Program-made: the position numbers and the translations under genes
The notes under the pieces: generated by a model
The model's input: the letters and a program-made list of their open reading frames with translations, nothing else
Databases searched by the model: none
What the model was told of the DNA's origin: nothing
Shown here: piece by piece, positions 1 through 14,200 of the stretch
How the letters are laid out: every line of letters starts with the position of its first letter
Numbering within the stretch: the first letter of the stretch is position 1
Assembly (NCBI GenBank): GCA_051362555.1
Contig: CM120640.1
Location: 4,278,001 to 4,342,000, forward strand
Source of the DNA: Lingula anatina
Lineage: Eukaryota > Animalia > Brachiopoda
Reading direction: 5' to 3'
Length of the DNA stretch: 64,000 bases

Positions 1-9
1 TTAACCAAC

Positions 10-3000
10 CTTCCCTTGGCAACTCGGCCATGAACACGGGGTAGAGTCTTGATACTAGTCTACATGATTCCTCTAACACTTCTGCACAATTTCCTATTAC
101 GAAAAAGAGCCGATTCACTTAAAATGATGAGCCTCAAAAAATTATAATAAATAAACATTTCAAATATTTAATTCAATTGTTATGTAGCAATCAATGAATG
201 TAATCCATAACATCCAATACCTATACCAATTTGGCAGATAGAATACCAAGAACAGTGATGAGATTAAGTTTTAAAACTGGACAGACAAAAAAGAAAAAAA
301 AAATTATATTTAAGTGCAAGGTATTTTTGACTCAGTTCTGTCTTGTGTTTGGAGTTCATAAGATTTTCCAGTCCCAAGGTGAAGCATTTATGTTACAAAT
401 AGGGAGGCTGAATCCATTCCTTCCTCAAGTACATAAATATGTACCGTAAATATTAAAGTTTGATTTTCAATCACCTACCATTTTCTGCTATAGCAACTAC
501 ATTTTGAAAATCTTCATTAATGTTTTCCTGAAACACACACAAAAAAAAAGAAAAAAAATCCTTAATTAGTGTAACTGTGAACCATCAAGATTTTTATTTA
601 TATGTTTTAACAACATTCATTTTAACACACATTTACCTCCTCCTAATGTTTCTTCAGTGATTCACTTAAGTCCAGTTACTGCTGAATAGAGACAGACATT
701 GGATGCAAAGCGTTTTCCTTAAGGATATTGTGAGACCTGGATGTAAGCAGATTGGAACAAAATACCTCCATGCATGAAGTGTGACATGGCTTCCACTCAA
801 CAATCCTTACCTATAAAGTGCTCTCACCTTTTTTCCTATTTTTTCCACAATAAAGTTTACAAGTTCAGCATGGAAACATGCCTTAATCTGGGAATCAACT
901 GTTTGTGTTTCATGGAGAAGAATGTATATTTTTCCTGTAAAACGAGAAAAGGCTGTTATGATTTCATGTTAAAACTCACATGTAGGAGAGGTGAGTAATT
1001 AATTTGCCAAATCACTGATAAAAGTTTATAAGTCATCTGCTTTTTAGTTTTTTCCTTTATAGATAATTAACATCAAGTTAATATTAAACAACCTAAATGA
1101 ATACAATTCTAATTTTAGTCCTTCATTTACAACAAAAAAGTTTTCCTACCTGTACTAAGGTCCAGATCAAGTATATATCTATCACCAGCATAAATCTTTT
1201 TTAGTTTACTGAATTCACTGGGACTGAAATATAGAAATTATTGCATTTTGATATTCAACACTAAATATATGCTGCTATTTTGTTATACAGTTTATACTGA
1301 AGAATAATAACAAAATTAAATAAATAAATAGAGAAATAAATAATCATTTATAGTGAGATACACAACTTACAGTACCTTTTCATCATAGCTGCAAATGAGG
1401 TTCCTAGAAATATTTCTAATTTTCTTCTGGTTCCTAAAATCAAGAAAAGGTCATAAAATAGGTTGTAAGCTTCATCAAGTTGTTTTTAACACTAAAAATT
1501 GGAATCAGCTTGGTACCCTTTGTTCCTGAACATCACAGCTAGGCAAAAATATACTTACTCCATAAAACAGGTTCTTGCATGTTAACTATCTTAACAGGAA
1601 GTATATCACTACTGATGGCACCATGGAATGTCGTCTGAGCTTGTAGATAATGCTGAACAAGAATATGCAACCTGGCTTGATTCAAGGTCTCCATTTTCAC
1701 TGCTTTGACAGCCATGAAGTTGGAGAATAAGTGCAGCATAGTAAACAGGAAAAAGAGTACCCATGTCAACCTGGAAGATGTAAACATAAAAACAACTGAA
1801 GCAACCTTTGACATCTTGTGCACTTCAGTTACATAAAAGTAATCCCATGTGATAAAAGTGTCTTTTGCAAATCACGTATCTCCCTTTGTGGAAAGAATAT
1901 TTTCTTTTACTAGAAATGAGTACCACTCAGCAACAATTAAGAAACCATAACATTTGGAAAAATATAACATGGGTATAACAATCAGTACCAGGGAAAAATA
2001 TTTGAGCTAGTGACTTTAATATTAGGAATCTTGTGAAATTTGAATGACTGAAATAATGTAGAATCTACCTAGCTTACAAAATGTCCTTACATTTGGTGAC
2101 CAGATACCACTGGCATCATTAACAAGCCACAAATCAAAGCTGCCAGGTTTACCAAAGTTTCCTACTTAAGAACAACGTAAAAAGGTATTAGGATAATTGA
2201 CAAAAACTATAAGGCAACACCAAACTTTTATGTCTTTTAATATAAGTCAAGGAATTTTTATACATTAATTTTTGTATAATTTGCACAAATTTAGAATAAG
2301 TCTCTTTTTGTCAAATAAAAAATGTAAGGTACTTATTTTTGGATACCGAAGTGAGATATGAAAACAGACATCAATTTATATCACATAAATATTAAACAGA
2401 CTACCAGCTAGTATGCCTGAACTTTACCTGGCTTCCATCTTTGGCAGAGACATCTGCCATGTTATTTCTTCTAGCCTGGTGTTGGGTTAGTGCTGCCCTT
2501 GTGGCTCCCCCAGCAACTCCAACTATGGACTGAATTTAAGTAAAAAAAAAAAAAAAAAAAAAAAATGTAATCAGTATAGGAATATCATTTTCTACATTTC
2601 TATTTCAGAGCAAAAAAAAAATACTCATGTAACCACTGATGGATAGGCAAATAGTTTTAAGAAACAAACAACAGGATTAAGCTTATATTCAAGAAAAAAA
2701 AATAATCAAATGTACCTTGCTTACACCAGCAATACAGACGATGAGTGTAAAATATCCTTGAAAAAGGGGAGCAAGAATCTCAAGAAATATTGCACAATCA
2801 TTCAAGATGTCAGCAAACAACCTGAAATGAAAACATATAAAGAAAAAATATTTAAATGTTTATGACTTATTGGTTTACTAAACATGAGACATTTGGTTCA
2901 CATCAAAACTACTTAATAGTCTTTGTTATATCCCTCTGTAGTTCAAGGAATAAAGTTTGAGGACTGTAGAATGAAAAGCTCACCTCCATCTCTTGGCATC

Positions 3001-4550
3001 ACAATCTAAACTGGTTCTGGAAAATACAAATTGTTACAATTAGACCTGCATCATCTGATTAACATTTCTCTAGAACTGTATTACCTCTGAACAATTCTTA
3101 AAGAGACAAGCACAACTAAGTATTCCATAAATTACATACCCTTGAAACCAAGCAAAACCAATCCTCCCAAGCATACCCATACCATCTGAAAAACAATATA
3201 TTCATTTTCAGAAAATTAAAATCAGTTATATATCATTTCATTTTAAAATTATCAAATATAAATAAATAAATAGGTATCTTCAACAAGTATCTGATAATAC
3301 CTAAAAACCATCATTTTATGTAATTCAAAGGTCAGAAACACTCTGAAAATATATAAACAAGATTATTTTGACTGATTTTACTTAGCTAAAAACACAATTT
3401 TTCAGCAAGGTTGCCAATTTATTAGTACAAAGGCTGTAACATGCCTTTGGAATGTAAACATAAACTACCTTAAAATAACATACACACACACACACTAATC
3501 AAATTAAAGCAAACAAACAGATTTAATTAAAAATACTTGTGGCAACAAAATTCATTACATTTCATGTTTTATGTGGTGCTGATAATAGTGAAAATATTTA
3601 CTGCATAAATCAATTTTATGCATATGTACCTTTCAACAGCCATGTTATGGTAGCTGCCAATGGTGTTGCAGACTCATCTCCAACACCAACACCTTTCAAT
3701 ACAGCTTGGGTTGCCAAGGTTCCAGTAATGGAACTTGCAAATGCCTTAAGTATCAAATATTTATTATTTACAGGTTTTAATTAAAATTTGAATAATCAGA
3801 TCCATAAACAACAGCTACTCTTCCTTTTTAAAATTCCTGAGAAGAAAATTATCCAAAAATATACTCTAATATATATATATAATGCAAAAGTTTAAACTTT
3901 AATGTTGGTATAAATAAGATATAAATTAATATAGCACCTGTAGAGTATCCCACAGCTGGTACTGCATGTAATCCTCGCTGACACTGTCAGGGTAACCCTG
4001 GGGCAAGAATACAGACTGAAAGCATAGGAAAAATACAAATAAAATCACTTAAAAATATGTGACTAGATTTTAATGGATTATTATAAACACACATATACAG
4101 TATATCCTGAATTTTTAAATGAGAAAATAAATAAAACTGAAGAAATAATACATGAAACAAAAAAGCTTCAGTCTAAAATTCCCAACATAAAATTATTTGC
4201 ATCTCATTGATTAAGCTATGCAAATATGCATGAATGCAATTTCTTTGACGTCCCTTAATTGTCACTTTGAGTCTGTGTGAGCATTTTCGGATTACATAGG
4301 TACAGTGTCATTATATCATTTTTACACTAAAATCTAGTTACTTTTTTTCAAGGAATAAAGACTTTTTTTGCTTTTTACCGTCAAATTTCAATTTTTGCAA
4401 CGTTTTGACATTTACCCTAAAAAGATCGAAGACCGATGTGAACCTCTCCGACCGGTCACACGTGATGAGACGTCCATCAACAGCCTCTATATATTCTTTC
4501 TTTGCGGTGCTAGATCCATAACTTTCCTTAAGAACAACTATATCACCCAT
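10..4550 (-). CDS. RUSF1: RUS1-family protein (C16orf58/RUSF1 orthologue), multi-exon, 3' end beyond the left window edge
   Basis: ATG at 4550. Exons approx. 4416-4550, 3938-4015 (SVFLPQGYPDSVSEDYMQYQLWDTLQ), 3630-3744 (AFASSITGTLATQAVLKGVGVG), 3140-3185, 2984-3016 (DCDAKRWR), 2716-2821 (LFADILND), 2428-2530 (VGVAGGATRAALTQHQARRNNMADVSAKDGSQ), 2091-2162 (ETLVNL), 1559-1771 (LHLFSNFMAVKAVKMETLN), 1375-1433, 1150-1224, 828-934, 479-527, 10-81. These motifs are diagnostic of DUF647/RUS1, and the junctions are GT-AG. Confidence 0.93.
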
Positions 4551-5860
4551 AATGCTATTTATTACTAAATCAAATGTTCGTGCACACACGTAAACAATTC
4601 AATGTGATTAGTAGTGGATAGACGGCACTGCTATCAGATATCAAGCAAGACGAGTATCTTTTGTTTCACACATTGGAATGTTTTTATTACAATATTGTTT
4701 ATTTGGTTTAAATCTATATTTTTAATCAATTGGTATTATTATGTAATTCAAATTTATCAAAGGTCAGAATTTTTACCTTACCATTCGGAATTGTTTTATC
4801 TTGACTATTTTGCCCTCTATCGGCACGTTATTCAAGTAAATTTTACTTTTTCAAATTTCCGGAGCCCGGCCGAAGGGGAATGTGTTTTATGCTGCATTAT
4901 ATCAAACATTGAAGAATCTCACATAGTCGAAGCCCCAGGACAGGTATGTATATTCCCCTAGTAATCTAAAGCATCAATTTTTATAGTAGTCAGTATGATT
5001 ACGATGATGATCAAATGAGTTCTCGATAGATTTTATTTTGCTTTAACTTGAAGTGTGTGTGGTTTCTTGAACATTAGTACTATGCACACTGCCTGCGGTC
5101 TCGTGTTTTGTGGTTTGAATAACCATAACTGCCTTAACTGAAGTTAATGATTTTAGAATTTATTTAGAATTCTGATGGACAATAAACACCAGACGAAAAA
5201 TTCACAAATTATGTAACAAGACTACTTTGGCTGAAACCATGAAAGTGAAAAAGTCTAAAATAGTCTAACCAGTTAAAATTTTTGGCAATTTGATATTTAC
5301 ACACATTTCTCTCTTTAGCTGAAGTTGAATATCAACAGTTAAAGCTTGATAATTGTTAATGGCCCTCTCAAGTTCTAAATTTCTGAAAGCAACCTAATCA
5401 TATATATGTTATATTTCATTTTCTGTCAGGATATCACAAGTTGTTCTTTACTAAGTCTTTAATTCCTGATATTGAACAAGAAAAATTGATCTAACTGGGG
5501 AAAAAAGGTGACGCAGTTATACCACTGTAACGTTACCATTTGTTTGTTTCATCCACCATATTGCCAAGAAGAGCCAATTTCATCTTGAGTGGCAAAATAG
5601 TGGAAGACCAGATGGTTTATAAACAAATTGATGCCACATTTATTTGGAATTCCCAAGAAGCAAATGATATTGTTTTGTAGTATGGCAAGCATTAAATGTC
5701 CTGACAATCCATAAACAAATAGATTCAGCATCTATTTTAAGTTCCAAATAGCAAAAAATATTGTTTATGTTGTATGCCAAGCATTAAATGAGTTAAGGAG
5801 TTACTGGTAAGCTCAGTGAAATAAGTTGTGAATGCCATATATTGTTTCTGTTTTCAGAAA

Positions 5861-8800
5861 ATGGAGTCCTGGGAGCTTGACCTGCCTGACTTTGAAGTCC
5901 CAACATTTGAGTCACCCAAGGCAAAGAAGGATGCCAGTTCTAAGCAGCAAGGTCGGCGCAGGTCCTTGCGCCTGCTAAAGAGGCAATCCACTGATGTTGG
6001 GGGAGAGTCACCTGGAGTGGGGTTAGGCACTTATTATGATGACAGTGCTGTTATAGTCCCTGCAAAGGTATGTTTATCTAAGACTCCATTCCCACAGATT
6101 TTAGATCTATCTATCCCTATGGGGAGTCTCACTAGATTACTGTCAGCTTTGCCGGCTTAAATGTCTGTCCCGCCTACTAAAAGCTGTAAGGGGGTAATTA
6201 ACTACCGTGATGATGCTATAAGTAAGCTTATTAATTTTTATGTGACCAAATATGTTTAGTTTACCAAATGTTTAATCGTTGGGAGGTACATTTTAACTCA
6301 TTTGTAAAGGAATTTTCAAAATTGAATTTAAAAAAAAGAGATGGGGTGAGTTCAGTATGATTGGGATAGAAGTAAAAAAATTATAAGAAAGAGAGAGATA
6401 AAAAGTGAAAAAATTCATTGTATATTTCAGGTCCAGAGAAGAAGATCAACTAACAGAAGAAGCAGAGCAGCAGCACCACTGGATCCTCCAATTACTGATC
6501 TGGAGAATGAAATATCTGAGCAGGCTGATAGATCAGAGACAGTTAGTGTTTTACAGTCCATTTATGATGACGGAGAAGATACAGAAAATACAGATACCAA
6601 CCAGTGTACAGAGCCAATATTGTCTAGAGGGAGAAAAGTAAATGGTGGAAAAAGTGGCAGGAGGCCAAAGGCCAGGGGTAAAAAGAAATCTTGCAAAAAT
6701 TTGGACAGTAGGCCAAGTGAAGAAGAATTGGAAACTAGGACAGATTCTTTTTCCAGTGAATTATTGCATCTCCAGACTGACAAAACTGACGTTGAGAATA
6801 ACCCTATTCAAGAATCTATTGATATTGAACAACCTGTACTTAGGAATGATTGGGAATCAGAAAATGTGGAGAAGGACCACCAGGACTCGCATTGTGATGG
6901 AGAGACAGCTCCTGCTGCACATCCTTCAAGTGAACTTAACATCTCTGACTTAGGAACTGCATTGGAGACTGTTAATTTATCTAGTAACAAAGACATGGTT
7001 TTACCAGATGAATTCAGCGATCTCGAACTTCCCTTCTGTGAGGAGGAAGATCAGAAATATGAGAAAAAGGCAAAGAAGGAAAGTAGACGATCCAAGAGAC
7101 GATCGTCTGATTTTTATGTGATGGAACCAACATATTCAGTTGAAGAAGAACTGAATGACATTGACATGATAGATTCAGTTGAGGAGGAAATGGAAACATG
7201 CAGAAAATCTAAGAGACTGAAAAGAAAATCTATTGAGATTTTCCGTCAGAGTAGCACTCCTAAAAAAAATGAGTGGGATGAAGATGACCTTGACACTGCT
7301 GAGGAAACTTCGAAGGTAATTTTACAGTACAAATATTCATGTAGGTAATCATTTATAAATGAATTGGGTAGATTAGGGTAGAAAAGGTATTGTAATTTCA
7401 CAGTGGATGAAATGAAAGGAAAAATTATGAGTTTTTGTACCTTGCTGTATAAAAGAGCCATTTTGCTTTTCAAACTTGAAAAGGTTATTTTTATTATCAA
7501 TCATTATGTAATTGATATTTTTTCCTCCAGATTTGCTCATCAGATGATCAAGATATGGAGAGCTTACCACAAAAAGAGAGCATGGATGTTTTGGATGAAT
7601 GGGACAGTAATAATCATAAGAGTCAAATGTCAAGCAAATGTCCAAAAGAGGCAAAAGGGAAACAGACACGAAAGAGAAAAAGTTCAGAACCATCTGTAGA
7701 AGAGATTTATTTGAACAAGAATTTTTCCATGCCTCCAGCAAAAGTTTGGGAAACTATTTTTGAAAATCCACTAAAAAACAAAGCTGGTGTGGAACTGATG
7801 ACAAGTCTTAAAAAAATGAGGCGGTCTATACAGTTCAGCGAGTTTGCTGCACCGCCATCAAAGACAAAGTCCAGACACAAGAAAGCATTAGGCATGGGTT
7901 GGAAACCACCCACAAAGAAAAGTTTAGAGAAAATAGAAAAGTTGCTTGAATCCAAACTTGCTGCTCTGGATGCCTCTCTGCAGAGGAGTCCTTATAACAC
8001 AGTGCATGAAGAAATTGTTCCAATGCAAGAGGAAGATTTTAGCTCCCTTGACTCTGACGTGGACAGCACACTAGCTGCATTGGCCACCTCTGTCAGCAGA
8101 ATGAGTGATGTGTTCTTAGCAGATGACGAGGAAAAGTTTGCTAGCTTAGACTCTCTTGTTGAGACAAAAGAACCATCCAATAACGAATCAGATACTGAGG
8201 AAGATGACAGTGCCAATATTGGTGAAGATAACAACAGGAAGAATCTAGGTGGCAGTAATGTAGTAAATGATGAAATAGACAGCAATGACAGCGCTTTGTT
8301 TGAAAACACAAACAGTATTAGCCATGAGGCTGGCAGAGCAGGTGCTGGAATGATTCACATGGACAGTCCTCTAGAGGAACTGCCAGAAGATGAAATGATT
8401 TCTGAAAAGGCTGAAGAAACATATGGTACAGCGAATGCAATTGCTACTGTTCCTACCAACGAACAAGATCAAGATGATGTATTTTTCACACCAATGAAAT
8501 GGGCTCCACTTGGAGCCAAACCACCAAATGAATCACATAAAAGTACAGTTTCTAGCTTGTCTGATACAGACCTGACGTTCAGAACTTGCCGCTCCGAAAC
8601 AATTTCTGCCACTGAAACAGATTATGAAGTGTTTAAAACACCAAAAGCAGAAAGTAGGTGCAATGTAAACCACTCTGCAGACAGTTTAGAGCAATCTGAT
8701 ATATCAGAGCAATCTGAGAACAGTACAAGTTTTCAAGGGGATGTTGATAATATAGACTCCTCAGACCACTACAACTTAGATACTAGTAATAATAGCCTGA

Positions 8801-10187
8801 ACACTGCCATGATGATGCTTTTAAACAGCAGCAGGGAGACATCGTCCAGTGAGACAGATGACTCCAAGTCAACACTGTCATCTCTTCAGTCCCCCAGGGA
8901 CGTTTTCTCCATGAGTGGGGTGGGAGATGCTCTTCTCAGTGATGGAGATGAAGAAGAAAATGCTCTGCTGGAGGAAAGCTCGGCAAATTCTTCCTCATTT
9001 TCAGACTATGATAGGTGAAAATGTTGATTCACAACTGCATGCATTTGTTTCTAGCACAAAGGTTGGATCATATATACGCGAGTTGGAGCGCCCATGCATG
9101 TCTGTTTTTACCACATCCCTCTTTTGGGGCTGCATGTTGTTTGAGTATGAACCGTTGAAATGAAGGTGGAAAGGACAGTCCAACTTGTGCATTTCTTTTG
9201 CATTTTGTAGAGTGTTAAATGAGAAATCAGATGTCAAAGTTGCCATTTATTTAAATGGTAGTTTGGAGGTAATTTGGTTTATTTGAAGAAATATTGGTTT
9301 AGTAGGTTGGTTAGATATTATGTATACTTTTTATTTTTGTAAACCTATCAATCCCATGATGTAATTAAGCCTTTGAAAGTGAACACTTTATCTATTTTAA
9401 TAACTCCTTTTTTTCTGTTTATTCAGCATGAAACTCAAATCAAAGTCAATGAGGTTTTTAACTGCACTAGTATTTTGTTGTCTTTGGGTATGTGCATGTT
9501 AAGCAAGTGTACCCAATAAATTATTTTTTATAAACAGCATGACTATCTTTTATGATATTGTTTGCATGTGAAAAATCCTACACCATTTTAATCTCACTTA
9601 CACAACTGCACCATTTTCAAGTATCTGGTGACCAATTTACCTTTGATTAACTTCACTCAAATTTAGAATAGTACATGATTAAATCCAAGGAATAAATTGA
9701 ATCTTCAAGTGCAAGCAAATTGGAAGTATGCAATCTGAAAACTAATTTTGGATAACCTTTTGCATTTATCACAGATATATATAAGTACAGTCATCAATAG
9801 AAATGGGTGTCATTCTGATATTACATCGTCATTTACAGCGACTTTTGTTTTTTTAGTCCTGGAGAACTATATAGAGCCAGCCTACTGTTAGATGTCCCAC
9901 CCTGTGCTTCAGTAGAAAAGAAAAATGCATGCATTTTAGCCAGATCCTTGCAGCTCCTCTCCTACAGGAAGTTTGAGGAAAGTAGGTCACCTGTTTCTGA
10001 GAGTTCGAGATCTACGCAGCATGTTCATTGGTCTAACCCACCAGTACAAATGATTTTATATGATGACAGCATTCAGTGCTCAAGTTTGGATGACACTCTT
10101 TTATACTCTGTTCCAGAGGTGCCACAAACCAAATCAAGTGATGGAGAGAACATTTTAGGTCCTAGTCTGAACTCCTGGGAATTGTAA
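5861..10187 (+). CDS. PRR14/PRR14L/Tantalus-domain protein, acidic and largely disordered
   Basis: Exons 5861-6067, 6431-7315, 7531-9014 (or to the stop at 9018) and a probable 9857-10187, all joining in frame with GT-AG. The motif SVEEIYLNKNFSMPPAKVWETIFENP matches the Tantalus-like domain consensus (LEEIYTNKNYKxP...LETIFEEP). A likely 5'UTR exon ends at a donor near 4942 (CAG|GTATGT). Confidence 0.8.
6084..6210 (-). mobile_element. Partial copy of the ~210-bp MITE also found at 13921-14137 and 14186-14397
   Basis: The reverse complement matches AGTTAATTAYCCCCTTACAGCTT..TAGTAGGCGGGAC.GACATTTAAGCCGG...TGACAGTAATCTAGTGAGACTCCCC...GATCTAAAA...TGGGAAT. The terminus is flanked by TAA. Confidence 0.8.
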
Positions 10188-10733
10188 ATCAGTAATTAAA
10201 ATTACCATATCTGCCAGCATGGTTGCTTTGTGAAAATATTTAAAAAAACTTTACAACTCGCCTTTGAGTTACTGAAACTCAACTTTAATGATCACATTTT
10301 TCAAAATATCACAATGATGCAGGAAGAATACATACACTTCAAATGAAGCTCAAATAATAGTCACAGACATTTACAATAAAATTATCCATTTTAATATGTA
10401 ATGTACACACTTAACAAAGACCAGTATTGTTGCCTCTTAAGTTATGAGATTAGGGAAGCACTTCTAAACACATATATCTTGCTCTGCTATGCTAATAGAT
10501 ACAATACAATGTCTTTAAACACAATATACACATTATATAATACTAAACACTATAGTCATTCTATCTGAACTTTGTAGAGTAGCAAATCCACTGTAACTTA
10601 ATAAGCAATATTTTGAAAAGGACATCGGTATCACTTCTGAGTATACATCAGCATACTGAATGGTTATGCCTGTTACATAATAATAAGAACTTTATCTTAT
10701 AGAGAATGCCAATAACAACACACTAACAATATA

Positions 10734-10948
10734 TAATGTGGACGGAATATGTGCATGCTGCTTTCAGGAATGCATATCTCAAAAATCTTTTTTTTTTACA
10801 AATAAAATGCTATTTAGTTTTAAAATACTTTTAGACACTGCAGTAATGTGGACGGAATAGTGCATGCTGCTTCCAGGAATACCTATCTCAAAAATCTTTT
10901 TTACAAATAACATTGTATTTTCTTTTAAAATAATTTTGGACACTGCAT
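10734..10948. repeat. Imperfect ~110-bp tandem duplication in the 3'UTR/intergenic region
   Basis: TAATGTGGACGGAATA.GTGCATGCTGCTT.CAGGAAT.C.TATCTCAAAAATCTTTTT...ACAAATAA...GACACTGCA occurs twice. Confidence 0.85.
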
Positions 10949-11277
10949 TCATGTTAAAAAATGTTAAACCATATGTAATTATGGAATAAAATAAAGTGGC
11001 GAGCAGTTCTTTGCCTCTTTTTGCTGGTTTGGAAAGTTTCCTGTCATTTTTACTAGATTGTCTCTCTATAAAACGTTGATATGTATATATTGTACAAAGT
11101 ATATCAATATACCTGGATGGTTGTTGGCACAAAAGAGGTGGGCAGACATTGTGTATACATAACTCAATAGTTTGAGTAGTATCTTGAGCCACTGTTACAT
11201 TTACCATATTCACTACAGTAGGTCCTCTAAAAAGGTCTCTCATTCAACATATAGAAGAAATTGTGCTAAGTCTCCTC

Positions 11278-14200
11278 TCACTTCTTTTCATTTTTGACAA
11301 TGTATACTTGGTGTTCAGATCCAATGGCCAGCTTATGGATGGCTCCTGTTTTTGTGCTGTCCACACAGTAAACACCTTGAGGGAGATCATACACCTGCCC
11401 AGTTACCTGTGTATTACAAACATCACATAACATTAGTTTTATACTTTACTCTAGATAGTTAAACCATCATATTGGATTGAATTAAAATTATTCCCATCAA
11501 ATATGTGTGAAGTTTTCAACAAGCTGTGATGCTTATAATTTCCATTAATTAATATTTACATATTTAAATTCAACATATAACAATACGTAATTAATAGCCA
11601 ATGGTCATGGCATTGTGTAGAATCTTGATTTAGTTGGTCTGAATTTTAAAATGCTGTAACTCAAAAACCCAAACTTACATTCAGTGTGCCTCTGTCAATG
11701 ACCATGGCCATGTTGTGGTCACATCCACCACACACCATGTAGTCTTTCCCCAGCCACTGGGCACAGTACAGCTGGAAGGAAACCAGAACTTTTCTATTAC
11801 AACTTCAGTCTTGACTATCATAATTAGACGACTGAATTGACTTCTGTTTAATGATAAAAAAACATCATGAAAAACCTTTGCATTCACTTGATGCAGATTT
11901 ATTCTACAGTCTCAGTAAAATACCCAATATAAATGAAAACCGTGACTTAAAACACACACACACACAAAAAAAAAAATAAATAAATAAAAATAAAAAATTC
12001 ATTCTGCATTTGCAGTACAGTGCAGATATCTGAGGCCTGTGCCATTTCACTTCCATACTGTTTCACTCACCAGACTTGAATGCATGTGGTCTATGGGAAC
12101 ATCTTTGATCTTAGCTCCATTATTAAAGTCCCAGATCTGCAAGTAAAGCAGAACTTCACATTTGAAAATATGCCTTTAGTTTTCTCTAATGAAACAGACA
12201 CCGAGACATGAATTTAACATCCTTTGTAAACGGTACTGATATGTAGGTTCATGCAAATCTAATGATACCAACTCTCTCTCTCTCTTTTGTTCTATTCATT
12301 TATGGATTATCTGGGCTACCATATGCAATATCCATAGGAGTGGTACATGTAATATAATCTTGTACCTGCAGTGTGTTCTCCTTTCTCCAAGAGCCTGTGA
12401 GGATGTGGTTATGAACTGGATCAATATCCAAGGCATCTCCACATATGTGTGGACCAAACAGTGACCTTCAACAACAATAACATAACTGTTATGATTGAAT
12501 AGATTATCTTTAAAAAATTTAAAATATGCTTCACTGAAATATATTATGTAGTGACAAGTTTGAAGAACAACATGTTACTCTAGCTGTTTTGAAAAACGTT
12601 TTTTCTTATCTAGACTCCCTTGTAAGGATTAACATTAAAAAGAACGAAATTTTCATATCTGATAGCTTTAACAATATCCCCTGGTTGACAATATTATGAT
12701 GGATTTTGACCGAGACTTGAGGAGTGACAATTCAAATGCAATTTCCTCACCTGGTGGACCCTTTCTGTCTCAGATCCCAGAACTGTACAGTATCATCCCA
12801 CCCTCCTGATATGAAGATGTTGGGTTCATATGGATGGAATTTCAAGGCAAAGACCCTCAGCCGATGACCATTCATCAAATCTCTACTATCACTGAAAGGT
12901 GACAAATAAAATACATTGCTGGATTATGCTCATAGCCCAATTGCTCCTCCTACTTTTTTTTCAAAATATTGATGTGCAAAGACTTCACTGAAGATGAATT
13001 TTATGAAAAAAAGACTGTCCTTATTTTGGTTATTCTACATATAGAAATAATGAATGAATCTATTTTTCCTCAATTTTTGTCTGAACTTATCGGCTTGATA
13101 AATTATGTATTTGCTTTTATCAATACAGGAGCTATGGGGAAGAATTTACATTATTTGTCATTTGCAGCCTACAAATTTTTTTTTAATATTAAAACTCTAA
13201 ATGGCCTAACTAGCAGTTAATAATATAGACGTGTATCTGCACCAATCTCTTTTTTTTTTTAAATCTATCCTGCACAATTTTTCCCCCACCTCCACAGTCT
13301 CATACCTTGGCTCACAGGTAAAAACTTTCCTCTTGCTCTCAGTGTCATAGACATGGATCTCAGAGTCAGCACCAGCTGTGATAAACTTTTCTGTGCTAGG
13401 AGTGAATGCGGAAGTCAGCGTCTGCCTCACCTCATGGATTGTGTGGATACAAGAACCAGATGTGTAGTGCCAGAACTTTATCTGTCCAGAGGCATCTAGA
13501 AATAATCAGTTGTGTAGTTTAACAATTGACCAATTGATCAGATCTTTGAAATAACTCAAAAATTTCTTTTATGAAAATTAAGAAAAAGTTTATTGCACTG
13601 AAGCACAGCTGGAACTAGAGGAAAAAACATTCAATTTCTTTCCAGCCATTAATCTGGCTGAACACTGCACTTCATAGCATGAAGCAACTCTTTCACACTG
13701 TTTTGCCACCTCTTTAGAATACTGTCACACGGTACTTTGTTTGTTTGTTTATAGGGGCGTGTGCATTTCTGAGAAATCTTAGTGTTTCACCTATTGGGCT
13801 AACCCTGCTGCCTTACTAAGAAATCTTAGTGTTTCACCTATTGGGCTAACCCTGCTGCCTTACTAAGAAATCTTAGTGTTTCACCTATTGGACTAACCCT
13901 GCTGCCTTACTAAGAAATCTTGCACCCCATTTCCAGAGATTAGATCGATCTACTTTAGATAGACCTAACTCCCTGGGGGTTCACGCTAAATTGCAGTCAG
14001 CCGAGCGGACACCATAGTTAATTATCCCCTTACAGCTTGTAGTAGGCGGGACGGACATTTAAGCCGGATTATCTGACAGTAATCTAGTGAGACTCCCCGC
14101 GGTGTTAAATCGATCTAAAAGCTCTGGGAATACAGCCTTAGTGTTTCACCTATTGGGCTAACCCTGCTGCCTTACTAAGAAATCTAACACCTCATTTCCA

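Noticed and set aside
6562-8309. Several antisense and alternate-frame ORFs over the PRR14-like exons
   Set aside because: They are shadow ORFs of long, compositionally biased coding exons and show no recognisable motifs.
10779-11243. 154-aa minus-strand ORF downstream of the WD40 stop
   Set aside because: It lies in the probable 3'UTR, runs through an AT-rich tandem duplication, and has no recognisable domain or splice link.
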